Part shown: one piece after another, positions 1 to 14,300 of the stretch
Layout: each line of letters starts with the position of its first letter
Numbering within the stretch: position 1 is the first letter of the stretch
From: Tubiluchus corallicola
Taxonomy: Eukaryota > Animalia > Priapulida
Length of the DNA stretch: 64,000 nt
Assembly: GCA_030141605.1 (NCBI GenBank)
Contig: JAQGDQ010000058.1
Coordinates: forward strand, 219,852-283,851
Direction: 5' to 3'
The notes under the pieces: generated by a model
Seen by the model: the letters and a program-made list of their open reading frames with translations, nothing else
Database searches by the model: none
Told to the model about the DNA's origin: nothing
Program-made: the position numbers and the translations under genes

Positions 1-3000
1 AGCATTCCAGCCAGGTGATGATTTCTTCGTGGTAGGTGTTGTTCTTTTAGCATCAGCTGGACTTGTCCGCTGAAAGTAAAACCAGGTTCATTAACAAACA
101 TTTAGTGCGCGTTGTAAACACTCATTAATATATTGATGCACAACTATTTTTTAATCAACCCTTCACTTGCCTTATGAGTAACAGGATTATAAATTGTACA
201 GTTGCTTTTTAATGTCAGTAAGCTAGAGCATTTTAAACTTTGAAATAAAGCATAAAAATATTGTTATAAATTTTAATTCATTAAAACACATACATCTTTT
301 CAGCTTTTCCTACATTACAAAAGCATCAGAATGTTTAGCCCTACATATATATTATGCTATAGCTACAGCAGCTGGATTCCTTTGACTGAGAAATGTTTGT
401 GGGCATACCAAATTGTGGTTGTGTAAATAAACACCTATCATATGAAAAGTAAACCACAAGTTCTAGTGAACATCACAAAGTGAAATTTAACACCTTGAAC
501 AAAGTTGGCAAAGAAGAGAAAGTAAAACTGAGTATAGGAGGCGAACATAGAGAGAGAGAGAGGGAGAGAGAGAGAGAGAGAGAGGAGACTAAAGAGAAAT
601 CTGAAGTTTTGTCACCATACAGAATAAAATTAATCATTAGGCTTAGCTTTATAAAAAATTTATGGAAAGGTGCATATATTATATGGCTATTTTCAATTCA
701 AGGGAGCAGTGAAAGGCCGAGTAAAATTATAAAACATATGTGAATGCTGAATACCAATATGGTCACTCGGTAAACAATCCTAATTGAGCTGCTTGTGGAA
801 ATAATAAACAAAACCAATAATTTGGACTAGTGCAAAGAAGAGAGTGAAAACCTACACTGCACTGCAGTATTGATTACACGCTCAATCAAACAAGCAATTA
901 GACAAGGCTTCCAACAAACTATCCCTCAGAAAAGCAAAGTGAAAAACTTTGTATTTGTTTTGTAGCCAGTGAACGTGCAAAGTTCATTTATGTGCACATT
1001 TATACTAGCATAGTGACTCCTGTAAAATGGATGAATGAATAAATGCCTGAATAAATGCATAAATAAAGTTTATGAATGTTGTTCTGACCAGTTTAACAAA
1101 AATTTGAGAACAGTATTGCCATTCTGATGAAAAAAATATAACACATATCACACAACACAAGACACTATGATCATTATTTGGAGTGCTCTCATTTGTGGCT
1201 GCAATTAAAGGTTCAGTATTGACGTGAAAGATCAGATTCTCTATTTTCGCCATTCGCAACAGTATATTTCTTGGTCTCTATTTTAATTTTGATAGTTAAA
1301 TTAAGCTGCCTTGAAATAAGAATGCTTAATTTTTTCGCCGTTTGTTTTAATAATTTTAGATTCTGATAGCAATAACAAATTTCTTTGAATGCAAAGTTTT
1401 TGAAATAGATAGTTTTTCTCACTAACTAGTTACACAAGTACACTGAAATGATATCACTTTTCTGTTCATATTCAGCTATTATGCTGAAATACCTTTCAAG
1501 TCTAATGATGGTTTTTTTTAATTAACTCAAAACGTACTGTGCAAGGAAGTATAGGCCACCATGTTTTTTACAGTAGCCACTCTTTTTTGTTATTTATTCA
1601 TTAAATATTTACCGGTATTCATTATTTCTACATTTAGACAGTGCATTCTACTGGCATGTAGGTGTTAGTTTTGCTAAACTCACCTCATCATGGTAACTCG
1701 CCAGAAAATTTTGAAGAGTTTAGTAGTGTTATTAATGATGATTTCATCATTTAAATTTGCGCACCCTACATGTGCTGCATATTTCATAATGAGCGTCGAT
1801 ACATGAACATTTACGTAGCATCCACTGGGACGTAGCTCAGCCAGTATCCACATGCATAATGTAAACAACAAGGCCCGTCTTAATAGGCTTTCTGCTTGAT
1901 ATCTTAATCAATAATCTTATCATTTATAATAAACAGCTCGATTAATAACTAATATTTAGAGGTGGTTAAACCGATATATGAAAATATTACCTGGACATTA
2001 ATGTCAAATAGACTAAGCAAAAGATTTTTTGACATTTTTGCTATTTAGGATTGCACGCTGTCTTAGTTGGCTAACGTAACAGATAATTCCACAAGCCTTG
2101 TGGACTAACCAGTCTTGCTCTCTAAGCAACGAGTGCATTTTTACTTCAGGATAACTTTATGACTGTTCCACTAAGCGAAGTGCTTTTCTCAGTTGATCAA
2201 ATATTCATTGATATCGTTAAACATTTACATCATATTGTGTTATAGGGAAGATACAAGGTCTAGTGTAGCAGTAAAGTAGGTTACAAGACGCCTAAAAGCT
2301 TAATCAATTAAATGCCATTGCAGCAAGAGTTTTTTAAATTTGCTCATGTATATCAGACTGTTCTCATTAGTAGCAGAGAAATAATTTAGAAATACAATTT
2401 TAAACGCACAAAAAACACCAGACATCCACAAAATGTTTCTTGATAAATTCCCTTGAGAGGAATAAGCCAAAACTGGACAAATTTGTTGTTTATTTTCCAG
2501 TACATTTGGGAGCTTATAATCTTTATTTCTCTATAATTCTTTCATAATTCTGAACTTTTAATGTTTGTGTCTTAAATCAATAAACAAGATGGTTTAATTA
2601 ATACATAATAATGTTAATCTAAAGTAATGATTAATAGGTTAAGCTAATCATCTTTGCATAAGACCAACCTTGTCTTTTGAGGGCGTTGTAGATGAGGTTT
2701 TTGTTGTAGTTGTCGTAGTGGTCTTCTTCTCTACAGAACGGCCAGTATCCCCCCCTGATTTGGTTATCGTAGTTGTCGTCGTCGCTGTTTTCACTTCTTT
2801 GTTGATCACTTCTTGCTTCTGTAGACGAAAATTTCAATTAGTTTCAACTTCGATTATTATGAGTCTCAAGACCCTAACTAACACTGCTTTGATTTTCTTG
2901 TCCAGCAGTATTATTGATATTTGCCATAAAGGTTTGCACTGTTTGTAGCAATAGGTGCTGCCACTTACAAAGTGACTCATAAATCATTCACCAGCGAAAT

Positions 3001-5306
3001 ATTTAACTTGATATATTTCGTAGAAGGTCAAGGTAAGCTAAGTTAGGCTACATGGTTTTAAAAAATTTCCTCTATTAGAAACTATCGTATCACTGTTGTT
3101 CATGTTTGTTGAAGTAACGAGTTTTCCAGCAAATGGAATGTCTCAGCATTTTTATAAAGCATTTTCAAGAAAAAATAAAACAGGAAAGATGCTAAAAGAA
3201 ATTAGGCAGAACATTACAACCAAATGACCAAGAACCTTTTGCATTACCAGAAAGCAGACTGAAGACAAAGCAGGTATAGGCCTAACAGATATGAAATCAG
3301 ATCAGTAGTGATCTATGTACATATTATAAATGATCACATAACTTGTACATTTCACTTAGCTAATTTATAGCAATTTCTTTGGTTCAAACACGCACCGGCT
3401 GAGAGAATATATTGGATGATATGTTCTGTCTGCTTTACTCTATCTGCTGTATTGAGACTATGTTCTGTCTAGTTACAGCTAATAAAAATGTTTGCCAAAC
3501 CCAGGTAAATTATTCACAAAAAAAGAAGTGAGGTACCTTTGGTGATTCTTCTTCCACTCCGCTATCACTGCCTTCTGTAAATAAATTTAATAGACTTTAG
3601 GTTTCTCAACAACCATTTTACTTCTACTGTGTAGCTTAATGTCATTGCAAATAGTTACAAATTATTGTGTACTGTATTATTTTAGTTTTACGCATGCCAA
3701 AATGCAATCATCTCAAGCTAGCGACATCCTCTGCAGTTTTGTATTAGGCCATACGTTTTGTTGTAGGCTCTACTTAAGCCCTAAAATATAAAAACAATAT
3801 ATTTTTAGAATTTAATGTGTCCACATTTGACAGAAGTTTAACAAATTGCCAAACAAGTCATCATTTTCATAGTTTTTCTCATTGCATTAAGTAATACAAT
3901 GAATTTCATGTGTATAATTAAGTTTACTGAGGTAAAATCAGCAGCTATGTTTCCGTGATTAAAAGCTTCAGATAAATTTACTACATGTTTTCCCAAATAA
4001 ACATATAAGGCTAGTTGCAGCAAATGAAACTGCATGTACTTTCTATTTTCTTGCAAATATTAAATAGGCAGGTGAGAACATTTAATTCAACTGTTGTTTT
4101 ATGCTGACTTGCATGTAGATACAAATTTTGAAGTTCACAAAATGCTTGTATCCAAATTGTACTTCTTCACACACGGTCATACAGAGAATATGTAAACCTG
4201 CATTAAGAATAAGTTTCAATTTACTCAGTCGTTAGATTGTTATATTTGGGGTGAAAGCGTCACAAATAATCATATGAACATGGACTTGTACACATCTGAG
4301 GCATGACTTTATTAAAGGGAAGGAAAATGTAATTTTAAAGCATGTCCCAAAAACTTGCCATACAGTTATATTATTTAGCATTACGATTACCTGTTCAAAA
4401 GACATATGCAACTGTAAAAGAAAATTCTTAGTATAAAATGATTGCCCAACTGGTAAAATGTCACCAGCTCGCTATCCCAGTGTGCAACAAAAACGTCACA
4501 GATTTGCCAAGAAACACATATATTGATCTTATTGACAAGCTAAAGCAAATTATACTTTTGCTTAGTTAGTGAAGCGTGTGCTACGACTGCTCTGATTATT
4601 TTTTCGAACTTCTTCAATTTCTTACTCAATGACGGCTCTTTAAAATGGCTGCCCCTAGCTATCAGCTCGAGAGAGTTTTACACAGCACTACTGGCTTTAC
4701 TGCTAATACAAGTTCTGTATACAGTAAGGCAGTAAAAAGTTTCAAAAGGAATTTTAGCTTTATGTAATACTGCTCTTTCCTTGTCCTTTAAACCGAACGT
4801 GCACAAGTAAGAAAGTTCGTCATACGTCCCGACTTTTTGACACCAAAGATAGTTAGGCTTTTCTGCAACAATGTGGGAAAATCCATCATGTCCACAGCCT
4901 GTCCGAGATCAGTATTTCTAAGTGTGGTAACAGTGCCAGGACCAGATAAAAACATAGGCATGGTATGGACAAGGCCCCTTCAGGCGCATGTCACAGCACG
5001 GCACAGTAGCACGGCTAAACAGCATCTGACTGTGATTAATTAACACTTTGGGTAAGGGAAGCCGAATGGTTATAGTGTATGCTTAGCAAACGAAGTTAAG
5101 CAGGCTTGGCTGCGGAATGGGTGGATGACTACCTCAACAAATTGTCTCTAGGCAGTTTCACCTCTTGCCACACTGCCAACACACATTATTTCATTGAGGG
5201 ATGGTTGTACAAAGCACACATCCAAACGTAGCTAAGCTATTTATTGCCAATATATATGTATGTGTATATACACATAGCTTAGGTGTGCTTTGTACACACA
5301 CACGCA

Positions 5307-5338
<32 letters not shown>

Positions 5339-8300
5339 CACACATATATACCGATTCAGTATCTCCTCTTAAAAGTATCTCCTTAATAACTAATTAGGTT
5401 CCAACCCTGCCACAACAATCAAGATAATAGGTAGGATCTGCTGTATAATAAAACGTCAGCGGAAGTTGGAGGGACTCCATATGGTATTGAACTATTGATT
5501 AACTTCTGAGTGCTTAGAACACACCTAGCTAATCCATCTTGATTAATTATAATAATTGCACCCTGAGATTAATTATGCATGCGGCACTCTCTAGCGATTT
5601 ACTGTTTACAAGTGTTATCATTTTATGCTTTTAACATAGCATCCCTTTACAATTTTCTGCTTTCTTAGCAAAAGATGGCGCCACACATGATTTTCGACAC
5701 CTGTAGAAGATAATCATACCGGAAAAATTTATCCACATCAGATACACACAATTTACAATAAACTGAGTTTACTGATAATCTACCATAGAAGGGATGTTAT
5801 AGGAGTCAAGTAAATCAGTTGGAGGAGATCTGATGAATTAGATTTTCCAGAAAAATAGACTAGTATTGTGGAAACTGGAAAAAAGAATCGTGTATTTAAA
5901 AGAAAACATGGTGCTTTTTTCATATTCTACCCCATTCTGAAGAACAGAAAAACTTATACATTTTTGTAACTATGACAATGCCAAAGTGTTTGTGATAATT
6001 AAACAATGGCATAGAAACTTAAGTAACGGCCGGGGACCCCAGCTATTGATAACATCTCAAATGAATATAATTTTCAACATCATAAACATTGAACGAGCAT
6101 GTGCTTCACGTGTTTACAAAATCGAAAATTGAAGTACAGTGTACAACATTCAGTGTGACGCTCAAAAATTCGGCAAATTTTAAGTTTAAAAATTTAAATT
6201 TTATGTTTGCCGCTGTGCTTACGCGCATGAGCACTCGAACGTGTGCACTACGTCACGACTGAATAACATCTGAACTGTCCCATTAAATTAGCCGCGCCAT
6301 GTCGAAATTAGGTTTCTGCGGGTAATAATTCTCTCACATAAGTTATTCTCTAAAAATAGTATGTTTCCTTTCAATATTTTATATATTAGATTGTTTTGAA
6401 CAGTAGTTTAAGACTGTGTCCGGTTTTTAAGAACCTTCAATGGAAATACAAAAACAAGATTTTAATTATCTCTTAACGAGTGCATAAAACTATTACTTAA
6501 GATAACTAAAACGTAAATTAGTACAACAGCAGGCATTGTTTGGTATGTCGTTATGCAAAAATGCCTGCCAACCTACTTTTTATGACTGTGAATTGAAATG
6601 AACCGGATTAACAAAGGCAAAACTGTCTTGGTGACACAGTACAACGTTTAGGTAAATATGCACTACAAAACGCAAAGTATGCAAGTTTCGTTGTTATGCA
6701 AATATTGAGTTAAAAATTCCTTCACACAGTAAGCTCAAAGAAACAGAAGTAAAGACAGGCGCTCAAAACACTTAAGAATGAAAGCTAGAAAACTTATGAA
6801 ATACTTAATCATGAAGAGTCATGAAGTACCTCTTTATGAAGTAAAAAAGAAAAAATATAAACATGTACTATTCTGTCCTGTAAACATGTAAACTTGTTTA
6901 ACCTTATAGAACATTGTTTGTGGTGACAGTATTGTGGCAATAAACGCACTGCCTATCTCTTCTCCTTCCTCCCTCACCATATCTCCCTTCCCTCTCTCCC
7001 CTTTCTCTTTCCCCCCTCATTCTGCAAAAATGACTTTAGAATAAGTGAAAAACATTGATCAGAAGAGTGGCATGAAAACAAGCCAACTTATTGAACCATT
7101 CAAGCTCACAATGAACATTTGCGTGATTGGGCGAGAATAAACATCATTACTACTTACACTACATTAGACTAGCGCAGAAGGTAAACTTTATTAAAGGCAA
7201 GACTAAGGGCGGTTACTGTTATTAAGGAAAACAAGAATCGATTGACAGCAAGTCAATAATAACTAAGCGAATGAAGCCAAGAACATTAGCCAAGTTTAAT
7301 CCAAATGCTTGGGGAAGTTTTTGAAAAGCGTAATTAGGGTAAAATTGTAAATTGTACTTTAAATTTTGAGACACATGTCATAGGTTCGAATACCATTCGA
7401 CCCCATAAAAGATTCTTTCGAGGCCAATACTGTGTCCACATGGAATTACAAGAGTTTGAATTTTAAAAATTAAATATATGAATTAAATATATGCTTTGAC
7501 CATATATGAAGCTGACTTATTACAAGTTACTGATCTTGTATCCAAACAACACACGCCATATTCGAAATATTTTTTTCTTTCCGCAATGCGCAAATTTATT
7601 TGCTACTGAAGAATATGAAATAAAATTAAAAATAGAAGGAGAAATATTAATTTAAGTGCACAAGGAGAAAGATGCCAAAATCACGGTGTCACCCAAATTT
7701 AAATGAAATTTAAGTAAAGTGTTTTTTCAAAAAATTGATATAAGAAAAACTGTGAAACTGTGAATCATCTTCATCTTAATTTTTCAACTTACGTCGGTCT
7801 TGATTTAGCTCTTTTCTGTTTAAATTAGTCGAATTTTCGCTATGCGTTGCAGAATTTTCGCTAAAACTTTCTGACTGTAATAGAGAATCACCACTAATAT
7901 GTCTGCTGGCGTTTGATTCTGTTGTAAGGCCACTTTCTTCACTGGAAGGTTTTTGATTAACATCTGAAAAGAAAGCGACATTTTAAGTAAGTTTTTAACA
8001 GCGCGAACAGAAGTTGGGCCGTCGCCAAGTATTTTTATGCCCCTTACGGTTCTCATACTGAACAGTAATTGCTACTAACACTCTATCCACAGCAGCTAAA
8101 AAATACAGCAGCAGCACTAAAAGGCGACTAAGTCCTAATTCCTTATAGACGTTGTTAGAAGACCTGACTGTGCTGCCCCCTTTAACTACAAGTTTTATAC
8201 AAAAGAAAAAAGTACCTTGACAAATAATTAAAGCGCACTTAGTTTTAATAAGGGGTCGTTGTCTGACTTGTCTCCAATAAACACTAGGAAATTTTCGAAA

Positions 8301-11300
8301 AGCAGCTTTCAGACAGCAGTCTAGATAACACACACAATGTCAAGAAAAAAAGGTTTCCTGTAGGCTGTAGAACAAAAAAACGACGAGTTTTTTTTCCAGC
8401 ATTCGCTATCAAGTTCTGTACATGTGTAGTGAGCCACTCAATTAGTGTAAGCAATTTCTATCAAATCAGTTGAATGATTTGTGCGCATTGTCCATATATA
8501 CGCAACATTCGGCAAAATGTCAAAATCACAAAATCTATAAACACGAAGATCCCTGCAGAGCAAGAGCGTTATAAATCACCAAGGGAACAACAAAATTCTA
8601 CAAGAAAAAATGTGAGATCGAAACATCAATGCTGTGGCTATGCGGATACAGGTGCATGTCTGACACTCTCTTTTGAGCCCACTAATGCCCGCAGTCTTGG
8701 TGCCTGCGACATTAGTACCCTGAATCTGGGCACCTTCGACCGGGTTAAATGAAAATCAAGTTCAAAAACCGAGACTTCAGACGGAGATGAAATGCATTAT
8801 TTATCAGCAAACTAACCATGATACTACTTGTAGGTGCAAAATCACTAAAATCATGGTTTCTTTTATGTTTTTTGGTATGTTAAAATAAGTGATGCGCAAG
8901 AAACCATGTTAGAAATCCATTACTCATTATTTTAATATCATACCTAATTTTATCATTTCTCGGATACACAGCATATTCATAACTAAATAAAAGCTGAATG
9001 TGGGTATAATGTCAATGATATTTTCTGCATGGCGACTGTGAAAGTAAGTCAGGTGTGTTTTGCAGCTTTTTCTAACCGAGCTATGCTAAATTCTGTGCAA
9101 AATACATATAGACCAACCGTCATCATAGTCACGATTATGCATAAGTGATTATTAATTTCAGAAAATACTTCCATAAAGTCCAAAATGCACTTGCGGCTCG
9201 ACTGAAATCACAATTAAGGATAAATTTTATTATTGAGCCGCTGTGCTACAAACGTCAAATAAATCTTAGGAAGCTGCCGTTTAATTTTTTAACCTAAATT
9301 TACACGAGCACTTCGTGACGATGGGTTTGCGCTACCCGATGAAAATGGAAAGGAAAATTTATGCAACGTTTTTACACCCTTCAAGTGCAGTGCTCAAGCG
9401 AGAGCTCAGATCAGCTGCTGCTGTATTGATCAGCGGCTATTCACAGGACAACCAGAGAAGTCCCACATAACAGTCAATTATGATAAATGCAGATTTCGAA
9501 TGCAAGGCGACTAGCCAAGATTTTCAGAAATACATCCTAGTTTATTTCGCAGTAACACAAAAGATTTGTTCATGAACAATACAAGTGCATACATGTACAA
9601 TTTTATTTAAAAAGCATAATAGTAAGTTTATATGCTAGTAATCAACTAGCTAGCAAGGTCTGATAAGCAAAAACTGCAGGGGCATTTATTCGTGAATATT
9701 AAAACAAATAAAAAATATTAACAAATAAATGAAACCGATATTTTATGAACAAAGTTAAGAAAGAAACAGTTGCGTAAAGAAACTGAAGTAAACATTACGT
9801 TAATATTTAAATATTTAAAATGCATTTAGATTTAAGCAATAATTTGCCTAAAAACTAGAGGCATGCCTGTTTGCGTCAAACACTGACGTTCTATTAAAAG
9901 CAATGCTGTCATAATAATGTGTTTATTATATAAGTGTTCAATTAAAACCGCTCTTTAGGGCAAAATCAGGTAAAAGAACGACAAAATTATAGTACACATA
10001 TTCGCGAAGGTTACAGCTAAAAGTTGAGCGACACAGCTCAACACTGCTGAGCAGACTTATTGACTTTAATCCTACTAGGGTTACAACGCATTGAAAGTAT
10101 TGAGCTCATAATGACCATGGTTAAACCGTGCAAGCATTCAACATGCAGAAAGACAACAGAGAACTAAGACATGTTAAAGTTAATATTGCCTGAAGCAATA
10201 GTTTAATGCGAGGCTGTTGTTCTATAGGCTTAAACCACCTGCTAGAACAGAGTTTACCTTGATTTACATTACAGAGCCCAGCGTCTGTCTGTTGAGCTGT
10301 ATGAACACACCTTTATTTTTTTCCAAGGTACCTTAGTTGACGCTCTTAGAGTTACTGTGTTGAAACAAATGCACTCAAATGGTAAAGCTGAGATTGATGG
10401 ACAGTATACGTGGAGCTTTATAGAACCACAAAAAACAAAAAATCCAAGGCCAACTATCACCACATTACGAAAATATACAAGATGATATTTTTATCCGAGA
10501 ATGCATCAAATGCTATTACTGGTTGTACATTTTTGAAAAAAAAAATTCAGGCATGCTACCGGAGGAACCGGGCCCTTCTAGCAAAAATTCCAAACCATAC
10601 TGAATTGTTTACGACTTTACTATTTCTTAATTTCTTAACTCCAAATTTTTATAAGTCTCTGTTTTAATGCTGGTTTAATAATTACATAATCAGTTCAGTT
10701 CAAATCACTATAATAGATCTGTCAATCCAACATTTTTATTCCAAATAAGAATTATTCATAAATTAAAAATCAGTACTCAGTTAAGCAATACACAAATTAC
10801 AAACATCGTAAAAATAAAGATGTTACATCTTCCAGTAAGATGATGATGGCGAACCGGTAAAGTTAAAGAATTAATATTATTATCTCGTTAAGGTCATGTA
10901 AGTAAAATCGTATACATTTAAACAACTTGGTCCATTCAGGGCACCAGGAATCACGGTGAAAGAGTCCACAAAGGTCTGCAGGAAGAACGTCATTTGTCCA
11001 GCAGCCAGCAGCCAAATTTAATTGGACAAATAATCGGCTACCCGTATAAAATCTGCACTAGTAGATCAAACATGGAGACAGGTGCGTACAAGTTAACAGC
11101 AGGTAACCCCATCTTTATGGGATCAATCATTTCCGCCGAGTTAACAGCTTGAAAGAACCACAAAGCTCATCCAACTGAGTTACATTACATACATAAAATA
11201 TACAGTAACCAACATACGTCATGCTGTAATTACTCAAATACCGAAATCATTGCATTGTATGAATTTGTTACAAGTGTCAACAGAATGTTTTTTAACGGTA

Positions 11301-14300
11301 CCATAGAGCTACTTTTAGCAATTTCATATTATACTATAGTGGCCAGAAAGAAAAATTTCTATAACCACGTGTCATTTACCAACTTTATCTCAACTGAGCT
11401 AAATAAACGACTCTCGAACAAGAAATATTTACGCGACGGAAAGGATTAGTTCGAGATCATGGCCCCACTCCTTGAATGAGAATATTTTATCCATATCTAT
11501 AGATCATTTAACTGCACGGACGGTGCTACGTCCTCAGTTGCACTTGATATCAAACTCAGTAAATTTAAAAATAAATATGATCGAAATAGTTTTTAAAGTT
11601 TGACACATTTTATTTTCTTCCATTTTACTCCTATCACTATTGGAAAATCTAAAACTGCTGACGCCATGTACGAAACGCATGAACGTCTATATTTTCTACA
11701 ATAATAACAATACATGCCCCGGGAATCAATTATAATAACCAGCATGCGGCTAGAATGTGCTTAATCAATTAATTGATTCCACTCCATTGTGTAAATACGA
11801 CCCATCTGCAGTACTGATTTGTCTAATTAGCGTACCCCTCCCCTTACATATTAGTAGCACGAAAAAATACAATGTTATGGCAGCCTGTAGAGCCAGAAAT
11901 TGGTAGCTTTTGGGCTGAAATCTAAAACAATTTGTTGATTAATCAAACCGTGCGGCGTGAAAAATGTTGCGTTACTCTAGAGCTCGAACCGATATCTTAA
12001 ATGGTGAGATCATGATACACCTAGACAGTAGACCCAAAATTCAGAACAATCAAAAACACTGTCTAGTATCAATGCACACAAAGTCTAAGTAAATGTCATA
12101 AAACTTGTTTTAAACATATTAAACAATATTTGACAAAGCACTTAGATTAATCACTTTCGATAATAAGCAATCCAGTAATACAAATTCTATCTAAATAAGG
12201 TTTCCCTTTTTACGGTTTCCTATTTCGGACGAAGAACTCAGATTTATCATTTATGGTGCGCAGTCCTGTCTGTTATAGAGATTAATGACCAGAGTCTATA
12301 ATCCATTAATAAAAACTCAAGTATCTTACGTGCAATATTAAGAAGCCACTTCAAATCAAGTCAGGGTGAGTTAGTCCTGCGCGAAAAGAGACCTAATGCA
12401 CTTGTTCTAGGGAATGTTTTACCGGTACGTTAACTACTTTAAGCGCAGCAATATTGTGTTTATCTGATTTTTTGCGTCTGTAAAATAAGCTTGCTAAGAG
12501 AAAACATTTGTTAGGTCGTTTGGAACTCCCAATTTAAGGTTGTCTGCAAGACCGAAGTGTAGTATCCACTTTCTAGAATTTAGATCCTCTAACAAGACGC
12601 CCTTTCCTCGATGCACATTGTGTAGATCACTTCCGGTAGTTCACCCTATATATATTTTAGACACGCATATCTCTGAAGCCAATCATTTCGCAACAATTTA
12701 ATGCCTGTGATCATTAAATTATTAAAAAATTACTCTAAATGATGAAGGCTTGTTACAAATAGGAAGTCAAGAGCTTAAAGTAACAGCAATGTGACAGAAG
12801 ACCACGTCAAATAGGAAAATGTGCAGGTGCTATAGACGTATTAGTAACACATAAGTAATAAATAGGGTGGCATTAATAAATAATTATGGCACTATAATCT
12901 CCAGAGGCCATTAACCCACACCTAATAAATTAAAGTAGCGACAATAAAAGTGGCGAAACTGTCATGTTATATTATCAGTAGTTACAACAAATTGCTACAT
13001 ATGTATCATTGTTCACTTAGCAAACTAGTGTAAACGAACCACAGGTTCAAAGCCTAGTTATATAATATACATGTGTCAGTCATACAACAATTTGTGATAC
13101 AATAATTATAATTACTTTCCCTTGCCAGATCAAAAATAAATACTAAAACTCCGTTCATTACCAAAAAAGCGTAAAAATGCTACTGATTCGTATTTATAAC
13201 TGAACAGGAAGAGAATATTGGATAAAAGCGTGGGGTTTAGCTTACAGCTGCACAAACATTGCTAGCAAATAATCTGGAACTGCCGGGGAAACTTGGTCAC
13301 GAAAGTCGGCAAGCCATTCACACCTTTGCTAAATTTTGCCGAATTTTACTTGCCGCAGACTATAAAATCATTATTCACGATTTATTCATATTTCATAGTA
13401 CAAAACGGCTTCTCAAGACAGCTGCTATCCAATTTAAATTAACGAGCTTTTATTACCGACGATGTAATAATTCAAAATCCCGGATTACAGAAAATTTGAG
13501 TAATTAATCAAGCGAAGATGATCAATAGTACCGCCAAGAGCAGTCTCGGGCAAGTGATTAGTGTGCTAGTTTATTTATTAAAAGTAAAAAAGATTTAAAA
13601 ATATAATGCTGTCTTGTGAGAGGTCAACCTAACATTATAATTAAAAAAGAAATCAAAATCAACGTCAAGTAACGGGATTCAAAGAAAATTAATTTATGGA
13701 AAATAAATTGTAATTTAGAATCATGTGACCGGTTGAAATCACCATTTAAAGGACCACCGGCCAAAAGACAATCCGATAAAAAGGAATCATGGACCACTGC
13801 AAGCTGGATACACTAAAGGAATAGGTCAAGCATCCAAAGGAACTGAGAATTTTGGGGGATTTGAGGATTTTTATACAGAATATATTGCACATAAAGCTTT
13901 CACTCAGAATTATGCCACCTATATTACTATCAGCTACAAAATATTAAACAGATTTCTAGGGTTCTACTCAAAAGTAAGCCTACATGCTGTTGCACAGAAC
14001 TGTACACACTAATTAACATTACTGCCCAGCGAATTTATAAAAGTTAATAAATTGTCATTATACATCATTTTAAAGCTTACATTCTGAATAACTGATCTCA
14101 ATTTTTTTCCACAAAAAAGAAGATAATAAAGTTAATAAATTGTCATTATACATCATTTTAAAGCTTACATTCTGAATAACTGATCTCAATTTTTTTCACA
14201 AAAAAGAAGATAATAAAGTTAATAAATTGTCATTATACATCATTTTAAAGCTTACATTCTGAATAACTGATCTCAATTTTTTTCACAAAAAAGAAGATAA

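Noticed and set aside
1005-1259. ORF MAKIENLIFHVNTEP... as an alternative first exon
   Set aside because: No convincing phase-0 donor found and no homology recognised
2631-2948. Listed ORFs 2631-2837(-) and 2670-2948(+)
   Set aside because: Off-frame or antisense shadows of the real exon 2669-2818, whose phase fits a different frame
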